Positions 27,801-39,845 of a DNA stretch of 64,000 nucleotides are shown here, piece by piece (within the stretch, counting starts at the first letter, position 1; each line of letters opens with the position of its first letter). The notes below the pieces were generated by a model. That model was not told the DNA's origin and ran no database searches. It saw only the letters and a program-made list of their open reading frames with translations. The translations under genes were made by a program, and so were the position numbers. Source of the stretch: Anaeramoeba ignava BMAN (lineage: Eukaryota > Protista > Anaeramoebae); the NCBI GenBank assembly GCA_028826165.1, contig JAPDFW010000057.1:124001-188000 (forward strand), read 5' to 3'.

Positions 27801-30800
27801 GAAAATTGTCCATCAAATCTCGAAAATCCATGTAAAATAACAGTATATGAATATTTATATTTTGGGAGTAAAGAATTCACTCTTTTAATTTTGAATTTCA
27901 AAATGAATTTTAATTTTTGATTTTTAATTTTTAATTATTTTTTAAAAAAATCAAACGCTACCGAATTAATTTTTGTGTTTCAAATCGAGATTGAATAATC
28001 GCAATCATTCGACGCCAACTTTCCATTATTAACTCATCAGTGCTTAAAATATCCCGATTTTTCAAACCAAAATTTAATCTGAAAACATAAAGTGTTTCTT
28101 TATTTTGCAATTCAATTACTTTCTGTATTTTTAATATATTTATTGGAAAACTTCGATTAGGAACTTTTGTTCGAAGTTTTTCTTTGATATCTTCACTTTG
28201 TTTTTGTTTATCCAAATCAAAAAAATGAAGAAATGATGAAGTTAAAGCTAAATATGTTGTTATTCTTTTAGAATTTTGTTTTTTTCTTGTTTCTAATGTT
28301 CCAACATTAATAGCTTTTGAACAGAATTGAACTAAAATTATATTTTTTTTTTTCATGTAAAAAAAAGAGTTGTTTTGATAAAAAATTTTTTAAATTGATA
28401 TTAAACCTCCTAAAGAAGAATCTGAAACTTTCCCACTTGCTAATTCAAGTTCATTATTTGTATCAAAATAATAAACACCTAAATCTTGTTTAATAAGTTC
28501 AATAACACCCTAAATAAATTTATAAAAATAAAACACAATTTTAATTTTAATTTTAATTTGTAATTTTTGATTTTTGATTTATACTTTTTCTCGTGAAGAA
28601 ACAAATTCAATTAATGAAATGAGATTTTTGATTAAAGATACTTTTTCTTCTTGAATTTGAACTGGTAAATTTTGTTTATTTTCCTGAATTATGGGAAGTA
28701 ATAAATTGATGTCCTTTCCTGTAAAATTTCGGTTAATATTATTTTGCTAAAAAAAAACCAGACAAAAAAGAAAAGTTTTTTTTTTTCAATTTGAACGTAA
28801 AAAAGTAGAATAAAAAAGAAATAGAAAATGAATATACTTTGCAAATAAAAGGAACAGCAAAATCCAAAAATTTTGTAATTTGTTCTTCAACAACTTGTCT
28901 TAAATTCTGTAAATGCAAAGAAAATTGAGAACCAATATCCTCCATTTCCACTTTAATTGTTTCAAGAATTGCCATATTTTTCTGTATTTTGGGAAGTTGT
29001 CCTTGTGTTTCAAGGAAATATCCCATTTTCACTAAATATTTTGTATTCAAATCAACAATAAAATCCATAATATTTCTATTAAATTCATTGAAATCAACAT
29101 TTGTTGTTCTGAAGGAGTATTTTGGTGGGAAATTGTATGATATAATAGTAGTTCCTGCTATTTTTTTTCTGTATGTTGAATGTGGTGAGTGTTGTTGAGA
29201 TTCCCTCTGACTATCTGATTCTTGTAAACTTGATCTTGAGTGGGAATCGTTTTCATTCATATTTTTTGGTTCTTTGAAAATAAAATCGTTTCCGTCAAAA
29301 ATATCAAGAGTTTCATGTTCAAATTTCTCAACATTTCCTAATTTTTCTTTCAAAATATCATCAAGATCAGCATCAAGGTCAATATCAGAAATTTCATTAT
29401 TTAGCTTCATATCAAAATATAAGTCGCTGTTACTCTCATCATTGCTTTCATCATTATCGATATTAATTTCATCACTTTTTTTATCATTGATTTCATCACT
29501 TTTTTTATCGTTATGAGAGTCTTCTATTTGTGGGAAAAAATCTACGAAATTATCTTGATTTTGAAATATCAATGGGAGTATTTCTTCGTTTGATGGCTCT
29601 TTTCTGAAAAAATCCTTTTGTGAATAGCCTTGGTGTATTATTGAATGTGTATCTTTATCTGTAACCACAAAAAATACATTTTTCTTTTTTTCTTTGTTTT
29701 TTTCATTTTCATTTTCATTTTCATTTTCAGATGAAGTATCGCTTGAAAACCGGATATCGCTATCTGAATCATCAGAACTGGTATATTTCTTAGGTTTATA
29801 AGTGGGTTTTTCATCAATAATATTTTGTGTTTCTTTGTTTTTTTCTGAAGAAAGTTGTAATGATTTTCGTTGTTGTTCTGCAAGAACAAATTTCTGATAA
29901 TTTTCTTCAAAATCAGAAAAATCAGTAAGTGATTCAGAATCACTATTTGGTTCATTTTCTTTTTTTTCTTTTTTTGCCAAATTTTGTTGATTTTCTTGAT
30001 TTTGGTGTTGAAGTATTTGAAATTTTGGTTTGGGAATTGGAATTTCTTTATCATAATAATTATCAATAATATTATTCATTATTAACTGATTTTGGTGAAG
30101 AAATGAAAGACTTTCCACAGGAATTCGGTAGCTATTTGGTCTTACTGATTTTCTTGAAGATTGTTTTTGTTGAATAAATAAATTTTTGCTACTCATCGAA
30201 TGAAAAAATTGATGTGAAATTTTTGGAGTTTGTTGTGTCATTTTCCATCTTGAAAATTCATTAATCAAAATATTCTGTGGATTTTTAATTGTTCGAAGAG
30301 TATTTACTTTCTTTAATGTTTGTAATATTTTTGGTGCAAGAAAAATCTTTTTTTTATGTTTCTAAAAAAAGAAAAAGAAATTTAGGAATAAAAGTAACAA
30401 ATGTTTTTTTTTTGTGATTTAGATTTGATTTACTGTTTTTTTTCCAGATTGATTAATATTGATATCTTCTAATTCTTGTGAATGAATAAAATCGACTGAA
30501 TTATTTTGGTTGTTATTTTGGTTGTTATTTTGATTGTTATTTTGATTGTTATTTTGATTGTCATTTTGATTGTCAAATTCTTGATCAGGAATTTCAAAAA
30601 ATGAATTGAGAATAAAAGATTTTGGATTGTGAATTAAATCTTCATCTTGTTCTGTTTTTGAATTTAATAAATCTTCAATATCTGAAGACTGTTCAAGTGA
30701 ATCTTGTAATATTTCACTATCATTTTCACTATTACTATCGCTATATTCAAAAAGAGAATCAAGAGAAGAAGAAGAAATGCTTGAACTTGATTCTTCAATA

Positions 30801-32361
30801 TTTTCAGGAATTTTAATTTCAACAAGTTCTTGGAATTTTGATTCTGTTGATGATATTACAAAATTTTTATTGTGAATATTTTCTCGAAAAATATCTACTA
30901 ATTTTTGTTGGTCTTTAAGTTGAAAACTTTTATTTTGTGCAGCTTTAATTTAAAAAGATTTCAAATTAAATTTTTAAATTAAATTTTTGAATTAAATTTT
31001 AAATTAAATTTTTGAATTAAATTTTAAATTAAATTTTTGATTAAATTTTTAAATTAAATTTTTGAATTAAATTTTTGATTACCAGATTCAAATTTTGCGA
31101 ATAAATGAATAGAATCTGGATGTGTTTTTCTTCGATATGCAATTCTACATATAATTTCTTCAATAATAACATCTGAATCAAGTGATAATAAAGCTTGACT
31201 TTTTTCACCTGTAACTTCACTTGTTATATGAACTTTTATTTGAATCTTAAATTTTTTTGAAAATAATTTAAATTAGAAATTAAATTAGAAATTGAATTTG
31301 AATTTGAAATTGATTTTGATTTAGAAATTAAATTTAAATTTGATTTTGAATTTGAATTTGATTTTGAATTTGATTTAGAAATTGATTTAAAAATTGATTT
31401 AAAAATTGATTTAAAAATTGATTTAAAAATTGATTTAAAAATTGATTTAAAAATTGATTTAAAAATTGATTTTGAATTTTGAATTTGAATTTGAATTTGA
31501 ATTTGAATTTAAATTTAAATTTGATTTAAAAATTGATTTAAAAATTGAATTAAAAATTGATTTAAAAATTGATTTAAAAATTGATTTTGATTTAAAAATT
31601 GATTTAAAAATTGATTTTGATTTAAAAATTGATTTAAAAATTGATTTTGATTTAAAAATTGATTTAAAAATTGATTTTGATTTAAAAATTGATTTAAAAA
31701 TTGAATTTAAAAATTGATTTAAAAATTGATTTAAAAATTGATTTAAAAATTGATTTTGAATTTGAATTTGAATTTAAATTTGATTTAAAAATTGATTTAA
31801 AAATTGATTTAAAAATTGATTTAAAAATTGATTTAAAAATTGATTTAGAAATTGATTTAAAAATTGATTTAAAAATTGATTTAGAAATTGATTTAAAAAT
31901 TGATTTAAAAATTGATTTAAAAATTGATTTAAAAATTGATTTAAAAATTGATTTAAAAATTGATTTGAAAATTGAATCTTTCAATTTGAAAAAAAAACCA
32001 AATAGAAAAAGTATATAAATACTTTTTCATTTTCAGAATCTTTTTTAACAAAAATTAAACGTGAAGAATATTGAAGATCTTGAGTTTGATAAAGTAAATG
32101 AAAAGGTTTTTCATAAAGAGGTAAAGGCCATTGAATATTTGAAGATTTAAAAAGTAAAACATAATTTTTTAATTCATTTTCTGGAATGGATCGTTTTTTA
32201 GAAAGAATTTCAATTAAACTCCATACAGGAGTTGATGTTGGCTCTGATATTGTATTATAAGTTTCTGGTGAAAAAAAAATTCTTGCAACCGTTTGTTCTT
32301 CATTTGATTTCATTTTTTTGGCAATAAAAGAATTTAAAACAATTAATTTGGATTGTAACAT
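24849..32361 (-). CDS. Large multidomain scaffold: two ubiquitin/RA-like N-terminal domains, low-complexity region, PH, PX, ankyrin repeats and a PB1-like C-terminus; about 10 exons
   Basis: ORF fragments join through GT-AG introns; one join needs the second of two close AGs near 28715. PH (TTYLALTSSFLHFF..ESWRRMI), PX (VTKSLMDFIKLFEKL..FPKFPK), about a dozen ankyrin motifs, PB1-like IVYFSKRGDITRLDNDLD. Confidence 0.75.
25672..26360. repeat. Intronic 24-bp (2x12) minisatellite (TTGAATTTTAATTATAATTTTAAA)n
   Basis: Fills an intron between ankyrin exons. Confidence 0.9.
31270..31975. repeat. Intronic 12-bp minisatellite (AAAAATTGATTT)n
   Basis: Fills intron 1 of the scaffold gene. Confidence 0.95.
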
Positions 32362-32939
32362 GGAAAAAATCAATTTAAATAATCAAGAAAAAAAAAAATT
32401 ATGAAAAAATAATCAAAAGAAAACTTATAATCAAAATAAAAGAAAAAAGAAAAAAATGAAAAAAATTTTTTTTAATTTCCTTTTTTTTTTCATTTTTTTT
32501 CTTTCATTTTAAATTTAAATTTAAAAAAAAAAGAAAATTAAAACAAAACAAAACAAAAATCAATCATTCTCGATTTTATTATTTCATTTAAATTATTTTT
32601 TCTATCATTTTAAATTTAAAAATTTGCAAATTTTTATTAAATTAAAAAGTAAATTTTGAAAATCAATCAAAAAAAAAAAAAAATTTTGTTTTGAAAATGG
32701 ACTTAATTATAGTTAATTAAATTAACATTAAATTATTATGAATTTGATTAAATTATATTAATAAATAAAATATTTAAAATAATTATATTCAAATCCAAAG
32801 TTATTTTATGTTAATAATTTCATTTAATTTGAAAGAAAAACAAAATAATCAAAATTCCAAAAAAAAATTTTTTTCTTTCTTTTCTTTTTTTCTTTAAAAA
32901 TTTAAATTGGAAAAGAAAAGTTGATTTTTATTTTGAAAA

Positions 32940-35162
32940 ATGAATCAAAATCAAAAAAGAAACAAAGATAAATCAAAATCCAAAAAAGATGAAAAAAAAG
33001 AAGAAAAACAGAAAGATCCAAAAAAGGAAACCAAAAAAAGTGGAATAAAAAAATATTCAAAAAGTGGAATAAAAAAAGATTCAAAAAAATATCAAGAAAC
33101 AAAACAAGAATCCAATTTAGAAAATCAAAAAGAATTCAATAAAGAATCCAATTTAGAAAATCAAAAAGAATTCATTAAAGAATCCAATTTAAAAAATCAA
33201 AAAGAATTCAATAAAGAATTCAATAAAGAATCCAAATTAAAAAATCAAAAAGAATTCATTAAAGAATCCAATTTAAAAAATCAAAAAGAATTCAATAAAG
33301 AATTCAATAAAGAATCAAATTTAGAAAATCAAAAAGAATTCAATAAAGATTCAAATTTAAAAAACCAAAAAGAAAAGGAAATGAAAAAAATAAAAAAGAA
33401 AAAAAATAAAAAATTAAATAAAAAAATGCGAAAGAGTTTAGAAAAAGATTTTGATCAACTTTATCATTCAAAATCAGATCAATCCAAAGATTTCTCCATT
33501 TTTGTTTCTGGAAAGGAAAAAAAAGAAGTTGAATTCAAAGTTCATAAATCAATACTAAAATGTCGAAGTCCATTTTTTGAAGCAGCTTTAAATGAAAGCG
33601 ATACTTCACAAATGAATTTCCGAGATACTACTCCACAAAGTATGGATGCTGTTTTAAAGTATATTTATACAGGAAATGCTAAGTTTGATGAGCAAAAACA
33701 AGATTTGACTGGAATTATGAAAATTTCAAATAAATTTAAACTTGGTCTTCTTTCTTTGATTTTGGAAAACAAAATTATTGATTCTTTAAATTCATCAAAC
33801 GTTTGCCGTGTTTTCAGAGAAAGCGAAAATTTGGATTCAAAAAAAATTGAGGAATATTGTCTTGATTTTATTGGTTCTAATTTTGATAAAATTAAGAAAA
33901 ATCGAACTTTCTTGGTTTTGGAAGAACAGCAATTAAACAAGATTATCCAAGAAAAAATCAAAAGAAAAGAAAAATTGGAAATGGAAATGTTTCAAATCGT
34001 GGAAGATTGGATGATACAAAGAGTTGTGAATTTTTACAACAATGATACTATTAATAAGATAGAAATTAAGAGAATAACCGAAAAATTATTTAGCGGAATT
34101 CATCGAGGTTTTATTGATGATAAAGCGTTTGATCACTTGCAAAACTCGGATTTTTTTTCGAGTAATCTCCGCAAAGTCAAGGAAATAGAACTTGGATTCC
34201 AAGAAAAAGATATGAAAGAAAAAATGGAAGAAAACACAAAAAAATTGGGTTTAGTTCAGCAAGAAAATCAAAATTTGAAAAGCAAAATTAAGAATAAGGA
34301 AAAGGAAAAAAAAGAGAATCAGAAAAATATCAAAAAATTGCAAAGTGAACTTAATGCAATCAAAAACGAAAGAGAAGAGTTAAAGAGTCAATTGAATAAG
34401 AAAATTGAGATCTTGCGGACTGAATTTGAGTCCAAATGGAAAAAAGAAATTGAGGAATCTCAATTACAAAAGCAAAATTGGGAAATCCAAAAGGAAAAAA
34501 TGGAAAATGAAATCCAGTCAATGAATCAAATGGTTCGAGATCAAACATACAAGATTGACAATCTGGAATCTCGGATTGAGAAGCTGAAAACAAATTCGGA
34601 ATTAACGGAAAACTTCCAAGGATCGTCAATTATTGATAATTATTTTTATATTGACACTTTGAAAGAATGGATTCAAGACAACAACTTCTTCAATAAAATG
34701 CGATTGGGTTTTTCAATTAAAAAAGATACGCGTTCAAATGATCGACTTGTGAATAAAATTTTAAAGAAAAAGAAAACATTGATTCTCGTGAAAACAACCA
34801 AAAAGAATATATTCGGTTTTTTCACTCAATTAGGACTTAAATCAAAAAAAAAGCAAATCAAAGATCCAAAATCATTCTTATTTAGTTTGGAGAATCCAAA
34901 AATGAATTTACCTCGAAAATTTGCTTTTCGAAATCGTTCGGAATCACATTCGATTTATGCTGAAGAGAATATATTAAGTTTTGGCGAAGATATATTTATT
35001 AGTGATCTTGAAAAATGTTCTTCTGCTAAATTTGGAATGGATTTCAGTTTACCAGAAGGAATGAAAAGCGGAACACTAGAAGCTCAAAATTATTTAGTTT
35101 CTGTAAACGAGAAATCAGAGTTTGATATTGATGAAATTGAATGTTATTTTATTGATAAATGA
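32940..35162 (+). CDS. BTB/POZ-BACK, coiled-coil, TLDc protein; intronless, with N-terminal 12-aa repeats
   Basis: DFSIFV..FKVHKSILKCRSPFF..VLKYIYTG (BTB); TLILVKTTKKNIFGFFT..DPKSFLFSL..FDIDEIECY (TLDc); KESNLENQKEFN repeats. Confidence 0.9.
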   Translation: MNQNQKRNKDKSKSKKDEKKEEKQKDPKKETKKSGIKKYSKSGIKKDSKKYQETKQESNLENQKEFNKESNLENQKEFIKESNLKNQKEFNKEFNKESKLKNQKEFIKESNLKNQKEFNKEFNKESNLENQKEFNKDSNLKNQKEKEMKKIKKKKNKKLNKKMRKSLEKDFDQLYHSKSDQSKDFSIFVSGKEKKEVEFKVHKSILKCRSPFFEAALNESDTSQMNFRDTTPQSMDAVLKYIYTGNAKFDEQKQDLTGIMKISNKFKLGLLSLILENKIIDSLNSSNVCRVFRESENLDSKKIEEYCLDFIGSNFDKIKKNRTFLVLEEQQLNKIIQEKIKRKEKLEMEMFQIVEDWMIQRVVNFYNNDTINKIEIKRITEKLFSGIHRGFIDDKAFDHLQNSDFFSSNLRKVKEIELGFQEKDMKEKMEENTKKLGLVQQENQNLKSKIKNKEKEKKENQKNIKKLQSELNAIKNEREELKSQLNKKIEILRTEFESKWKKEIEESQLQKQNWEIQKEKMENEIQSMNQMVRDQTYKIDNLESRIEKLKTNSELTENFQGSSIIDNYFYIDTLKEWIQDNNFFNKMRLGFSIKKDTRSNDRLVNKILKKKKTLILVKTTKKNIFGFFTQLGLKSKKKQIKDPKSFLFSLENPKMNLPRKFAFRNRSESHSIYAEENILSFGEDIFISDLEKCSSAKFGMDFSLPEGMKSGTLEAQNYLVSVNEKSEFDIDEIECYFIDK

Positions 35163-35330
35163 TTTTTGTTTTTGTTTTTAAAAATTCAAATCAAAATTCA
35201 AATCAAAACTAATTCAAATTTCAATTCAAAAAAAAAAAACATTAAAATATTATTAATATTAATTAATAATATTATTTTTATTATGAATAAAATAAATCAT
35301 TTCCTTCATGGTTTTGAAAAATGATATTGA

Positions 35331-36026
35331 TTATTTTTTTTGGTGATTTTTCGAATTGGAATTTGAAGAATGAAAATTTTGAGCTGATTTTTTTTGACTT
35401 AAAATTTGGGAATTTAATTGATCCAATTGCCTTTGTTTTAAAACAAAAAATTCATCATCAACAATTCTAACTTTAGTTTGAAGTTGTTTGAGTTCTTGGG
35501 TTTTTTTTTGGAAAAGTTTTTCCAATTTTTCTTTTTCGGAAATCAAGTAAATCATATTTTTTTTGGCGTTATCAAGATCATCATGATTTTTAATGAAATT
35601 TTCCTCTTGATTTTTTTTTTCATTCATCAAATCATCAGTTGTTTTTTTAAGTGAATCAAAAAAGTTTCTTTTGTGATTCAATTGATTTTGAAGTTGAGTA
35701 ACTTTTCTTTCTGTTGAAGGATCAATTTCAACATAAGGTTGCAAACTTTCAAGCATTTCAACCAATTGAGCAATAACAAAAGAGATTTGGTCTTGAACTT
35801 CCTCTCGGTTTTTTTTCCTCATTTCATGATTGCTTTTTTGCTCTTTTAATTCTTGTGTTTCTTTTTCAATTTCTTTTTCTGTTTCTTTTAGTTTTTCTAG
35901 TTTGGATTGTTGTTTATGAAGCTGATTTACTGAACTTTGTACAGCTTCAACAACAGGTTCGAAAGTAATTTTTTCGAGTTGATTTTTAATCAAAAGATTT
36001 TTATAAATTAAGTCTGAAAATTGCAT
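35331..36026 (-). CDS. Hypothetical coiled-coil protein
   Basis: 231-aa ORF with heptad character and coding-like composition; TCATTT motifs just upstream. Confidence 0.7.
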   Translation of the reverse strand: MQFSDLIYKNLLIKNQLEKITFEPVVEAVQSSVNQLHKQQSKLEKLKETEKEIEKETQELKEQKSNHEMRKKNREEVQDQISFVIAQLVEMLESLQPYVEIDPSTERKVTQLQNQLNHKRNFFDSLKKTTDDLMNEKKNQEENFIKNHDDLDNAKKNMIYLISEKEKLEKLFQKKTQELKQLQTKVRIVDDEFFVLKQRQLDQLNSQILSQKKSAQNFHSSNSNSKNHQKK

Positions 36027-36125
36027 TTAAAAAAAATGAAAAAAAATGAAAAAAAAAATTTTTGGAAAATTAAAATAAAAATTCATTTTTTTCTTCTTTT
36101 TTTTGAAATTCTTCGATCTGAAGAA

Positions 36126-38243
36126 ATGGATCCAATAAACTTTCTTGAAAAACAATCCTCAAACAAACCTTTGCGAAGGATGAACTTTTCACGTTCAGGA
36201 ATTAAGGAAAAAATTAACGAAGATTCAGAATTACTTTCACAACATTCTTTAAAATTAATACCGATTAATAAATACACAAAGAATAAAAAGGACAAATCAC
36301 CGCCTTCCCCGCGATATGGACCTGTTCTCACCTCGCAACAAATAACTCCATTATATTCAATGGCAAATAACGTACTGGAAAATGATATATCAAAGAGGAA
36401 ACTGCATAAACACTCCCACTTGAAAAATGATCTTGAAAAACTTGAAAAACTTGATGAACCGATTCAAAATTCCCAGACAAACTTGACCCAACGCACAAGC
36501 TTTAATAAAGAGCAATTTATTCACAAAAGAAATAATCCTTTAATTGAAAATAAACAAAATCAACAAAGTCAATCTTTTGATTATTCCTCTTTGAAAAATC
36601 CTTATTTGTTTAATAAACAGAAAGAAATTCCTAAATCTTCCAAAAAGAACCATCAATTACAAACAAATCTTAAGGAAAACGAGCAAATTGAAGTTAAATT
36701 TTATGATCATAATAATCGATTGGAAAATATCAATTCAATGATTGATTCAAATGAAAATTATTTTTCTTCGCAATTCCCAATAAATTCAAGAAATGTTTCA
36801 ATGCAAACTCCAACACTAAATTCCCAGAAATGGTCTCCTTCGTTTTTGACGAAACCTTATGTTTATTTCGATATTGGAACTCAAACAAATGAATCAAGTT
36901 TTCCGATTGATTTGCGATATCATTTTATTGAAATTGATATAAATGAAGAAATTAGGAACCAAATGCACACAAAATCATTGCATAAACATCATCAAGCTCA
37001 TCAACCAAATTTAGTTCTTAATCAGGATTCCACGAATATTAAGAAAAAATCAAGAAGAAGATCATCAAATTTAAGTCAATTTAAGATCAATTCTCCATTA
37101 TCAACTTCTCCTCCAAACACAGAATCCTATAATATTAATAAACAATTTGACAGTAATTTTATTCCATTTAAAATGTTCTCCTATTTTACTAATTCTTTCC
37201 TCATTTGAAACTATTTAATTTTTTTATAAAAAACTAATCTAATTTGTTGGTTAATTTCCTCATCAAAAATTCATTTTTTTAATGTTTATTAATTTATAAT
37301 TCCTCATAAAAAAAAAAGATTCACAAAGAGAACTTGAAATATCATATGCTTATCCTGTATTTATTTTAATTTATTCAATTTAAATTTTAAAAAATAAAAA
37401 TTTTTAATTCAATTTAATTTAATCAAAATTTATCAAAATCAAATTCATTAATAACTTACAAAAACTCAAATATTCTCGCTTTCCAAAAACCAAAAAACAA
37501 AATCCACAATACATTCCAAATTGAAAACCTACTTCCAGAGATTTAAACAAAAACAACAATTTGGAAACGAATTCAGATCTGCAACTCCTGATGTCGGAAC
37601 AATTCATCATTCAAGAAGACAAATATCACCGAGGTTTACACAAAAACGTTTCCCAGAATCACCAACACGAAAAATATATGATGAAGATCTGCAAAATGAG
37701 CTCGAAACATATTCACTTGCTGATAATCATTTTTCTCGAAAATTTCAATTTGAAAATGAAAAAAATCCAAGAAATCAATTTCTTTCTCGTTTTGATTCTA
37801 AAGTCTCAGATAGACCCAGTGATCCTTTAGCTAAAGGTTTTGACAGAGAGGAATTTATGACTCTTTCCGAAACTCAAAGACACCAATCCACAAATAGAAA
37901 TGTAGAAAATTTACCAGAAAAGCTTAATTTCGAAACTAAACCAAACTCAAAAATCTTGTTTAATCAACAAGAAAAAAAGATCAATCCCAATATTTTGGAT
38001 CGTCAAGAAAAGTTGGATTATTCTCAAAACAAACCCTTTTTCAATCCTACTAAATATTCAGAAAAACATTTACCAAAAGCTCGATATTCAAGACAACATG
38101 ATAGATGGATTGGTGTTTCAGATCAAATTGTTTCAAGAATGAAGGGTCCTGATCCCTCAAAAAGAAGTGAAATTAGTTCTACAAGATCTCAAAGTACTGC
38201 TTTTTCTAGTACATTCTCACAGAAATCATTTTCTGATGTTTGA
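36126..38243 (+). CDS. Hypothetical Ser/Pro/Gln-rich disordered protein; exons about 36126-37152, 37319-37356, 37539-38243
   Basis: Two long ORFs joined through a short internal exon with GT-AG boundaries; no recognisable domain. Confidence 0.65.
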
Positions 38244-38358
38244 ATTTTTGTTACAAATGAAATTAAAAAAAAAGCAAAAATATTTTTTAAATAAAAAATT
38301 AATTTTTTTTTTCCTTCTATTTCTTTATTTCTTTTTAATATTTTCTTCAGAAAAAGAT

Positions 38359-39658
38359 TTAAATTTTTTGTGATTTAATTTCTTGAATTCTTCTTTTATC
38401 TTCTTGAAATTTTTCTCTTAATTGATCAATTTCTAAAATAATAATAAATAAATTAAAAATAAATATTTAATTTAAATTAAAAATAAAAATAAATTTTTTA
38501 ACCTTCTTTTCTTTTTTCATTTGTTTGAAAACGATAAAAATCATCATAAAATTCTTTCTTCTTTTTCTTTTTCCTTTCTTTTTTTGGAATTTGATAAGAT
38601 TTTTTAAGATTTTGTTTAACTGGAAAAAAACCATCATTATCAGGAGTTGATCTTTTTTTTTTAAATTTTTGAAGATGAATTTTTTCTTTAGATTCAAATT
38701 TTGACATAAAATCATTAACACCATCAATTAAGACATTTTGAGAAGGATTATTTTTAAGGAATTGTTTAGTCCATTCTTTAAATAAACAAATAAAATAATT
38801 TTATAATTAGTTTTATAAATAATTTTAAATTAAATTTTATAAATAATTTTATAAATAATTTTATAAATAATTTTATAAATAATTTTATTAATAATTTTAA
38901 AATTAATTTTATAAATAATTTTATTAATAATTTTAAAATTAATTTTATAAATAATTTTATAAATAATTTTATAAATAATTTTATTAATAATTTTATAAAT
39001 AATTTTATAAATAATTTTATTAATAATTTTATAAATAATTTTATAAATAATTTTATAAATAATTTAATAAATAATTTTATAATTAATTTTATAGATAATT
39101 TTATATTTAATTTTATAAATAATTTTGTAAATAATTTTAAATTGAATTTTGAATTGAATTTTTAAATTAACTTTTAAACCCATTCAAATATTTAATTGGT
39201 TTTTCTTCATTTCTTTCATTTTCTTCTTCTACTCCTTTCAAAAAATAATTAATTGATTTTTCATCTTCAAATTTAACATAAACAAAACTATTTTCAGGAA
39301 TTGCTTCATTTTCATCATCATTTTTAATAGGATTAAACAACATTGACTTAATAACAAACAAAGGTGATAAATTTTGAGATGAATCATCTTCATCTTTTTT
39401 TTGATATTCTTTTTGTTTTTGTTGAATTAATGATCCTGTTTGAATTGAAATGATTTTTCCAAATTTTGAAAGATAATTTTTAAGTTGTTTTTTTGTAATA
39501 TTTTGAGGAATATTTGTTATAAATAATGATTTTTCTTTATATTGAAGTTTTGTATTTTTTTGTTGAGAATTAATTTGAGTTTTATGTTTTTTTGTAAAAA
39601 TAAAACTGTTAAAAAAACTATTTTGAATTTTAAAAGGAATAATTTGAAAAGAATTCAT
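38359..39658 (-). CDS. RRP7A: Ribosomal RNA-processing protein 7 (RRM plus RRP7 C-domain), 3 exons
   Basis: SLFITNIP RRM, PDNDGFFPV, DFYRFQTNEKRKE|EIDQLREKFQEDKRRI. The C-terminus probably has a 1-nt homopolymer deletion. Confidence 0.88.
38800..39135. repeat. Intronic 12-bp minisatellite (TTTTATAAATAA)n
   Basis: RRP7 intron 1. Confidence 0.9.
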
Positions 39659-39845
39659 TATTTTTTTTTTAAAATGAAAAAAATGAAAATGAAAATAAAA
39701 AATATTATTTTTGTTTTTGTTTTTAATATTTTTTTTTTTGAAAAACAAAAAGATAAAAAGAAAATGAAAAATTAAATTCTTTTTTTTGATTTTGATTTTG
39801 ATTTTGATTTTGATTTTGATTTTGATTTTGATTTTGATTTTTGGA

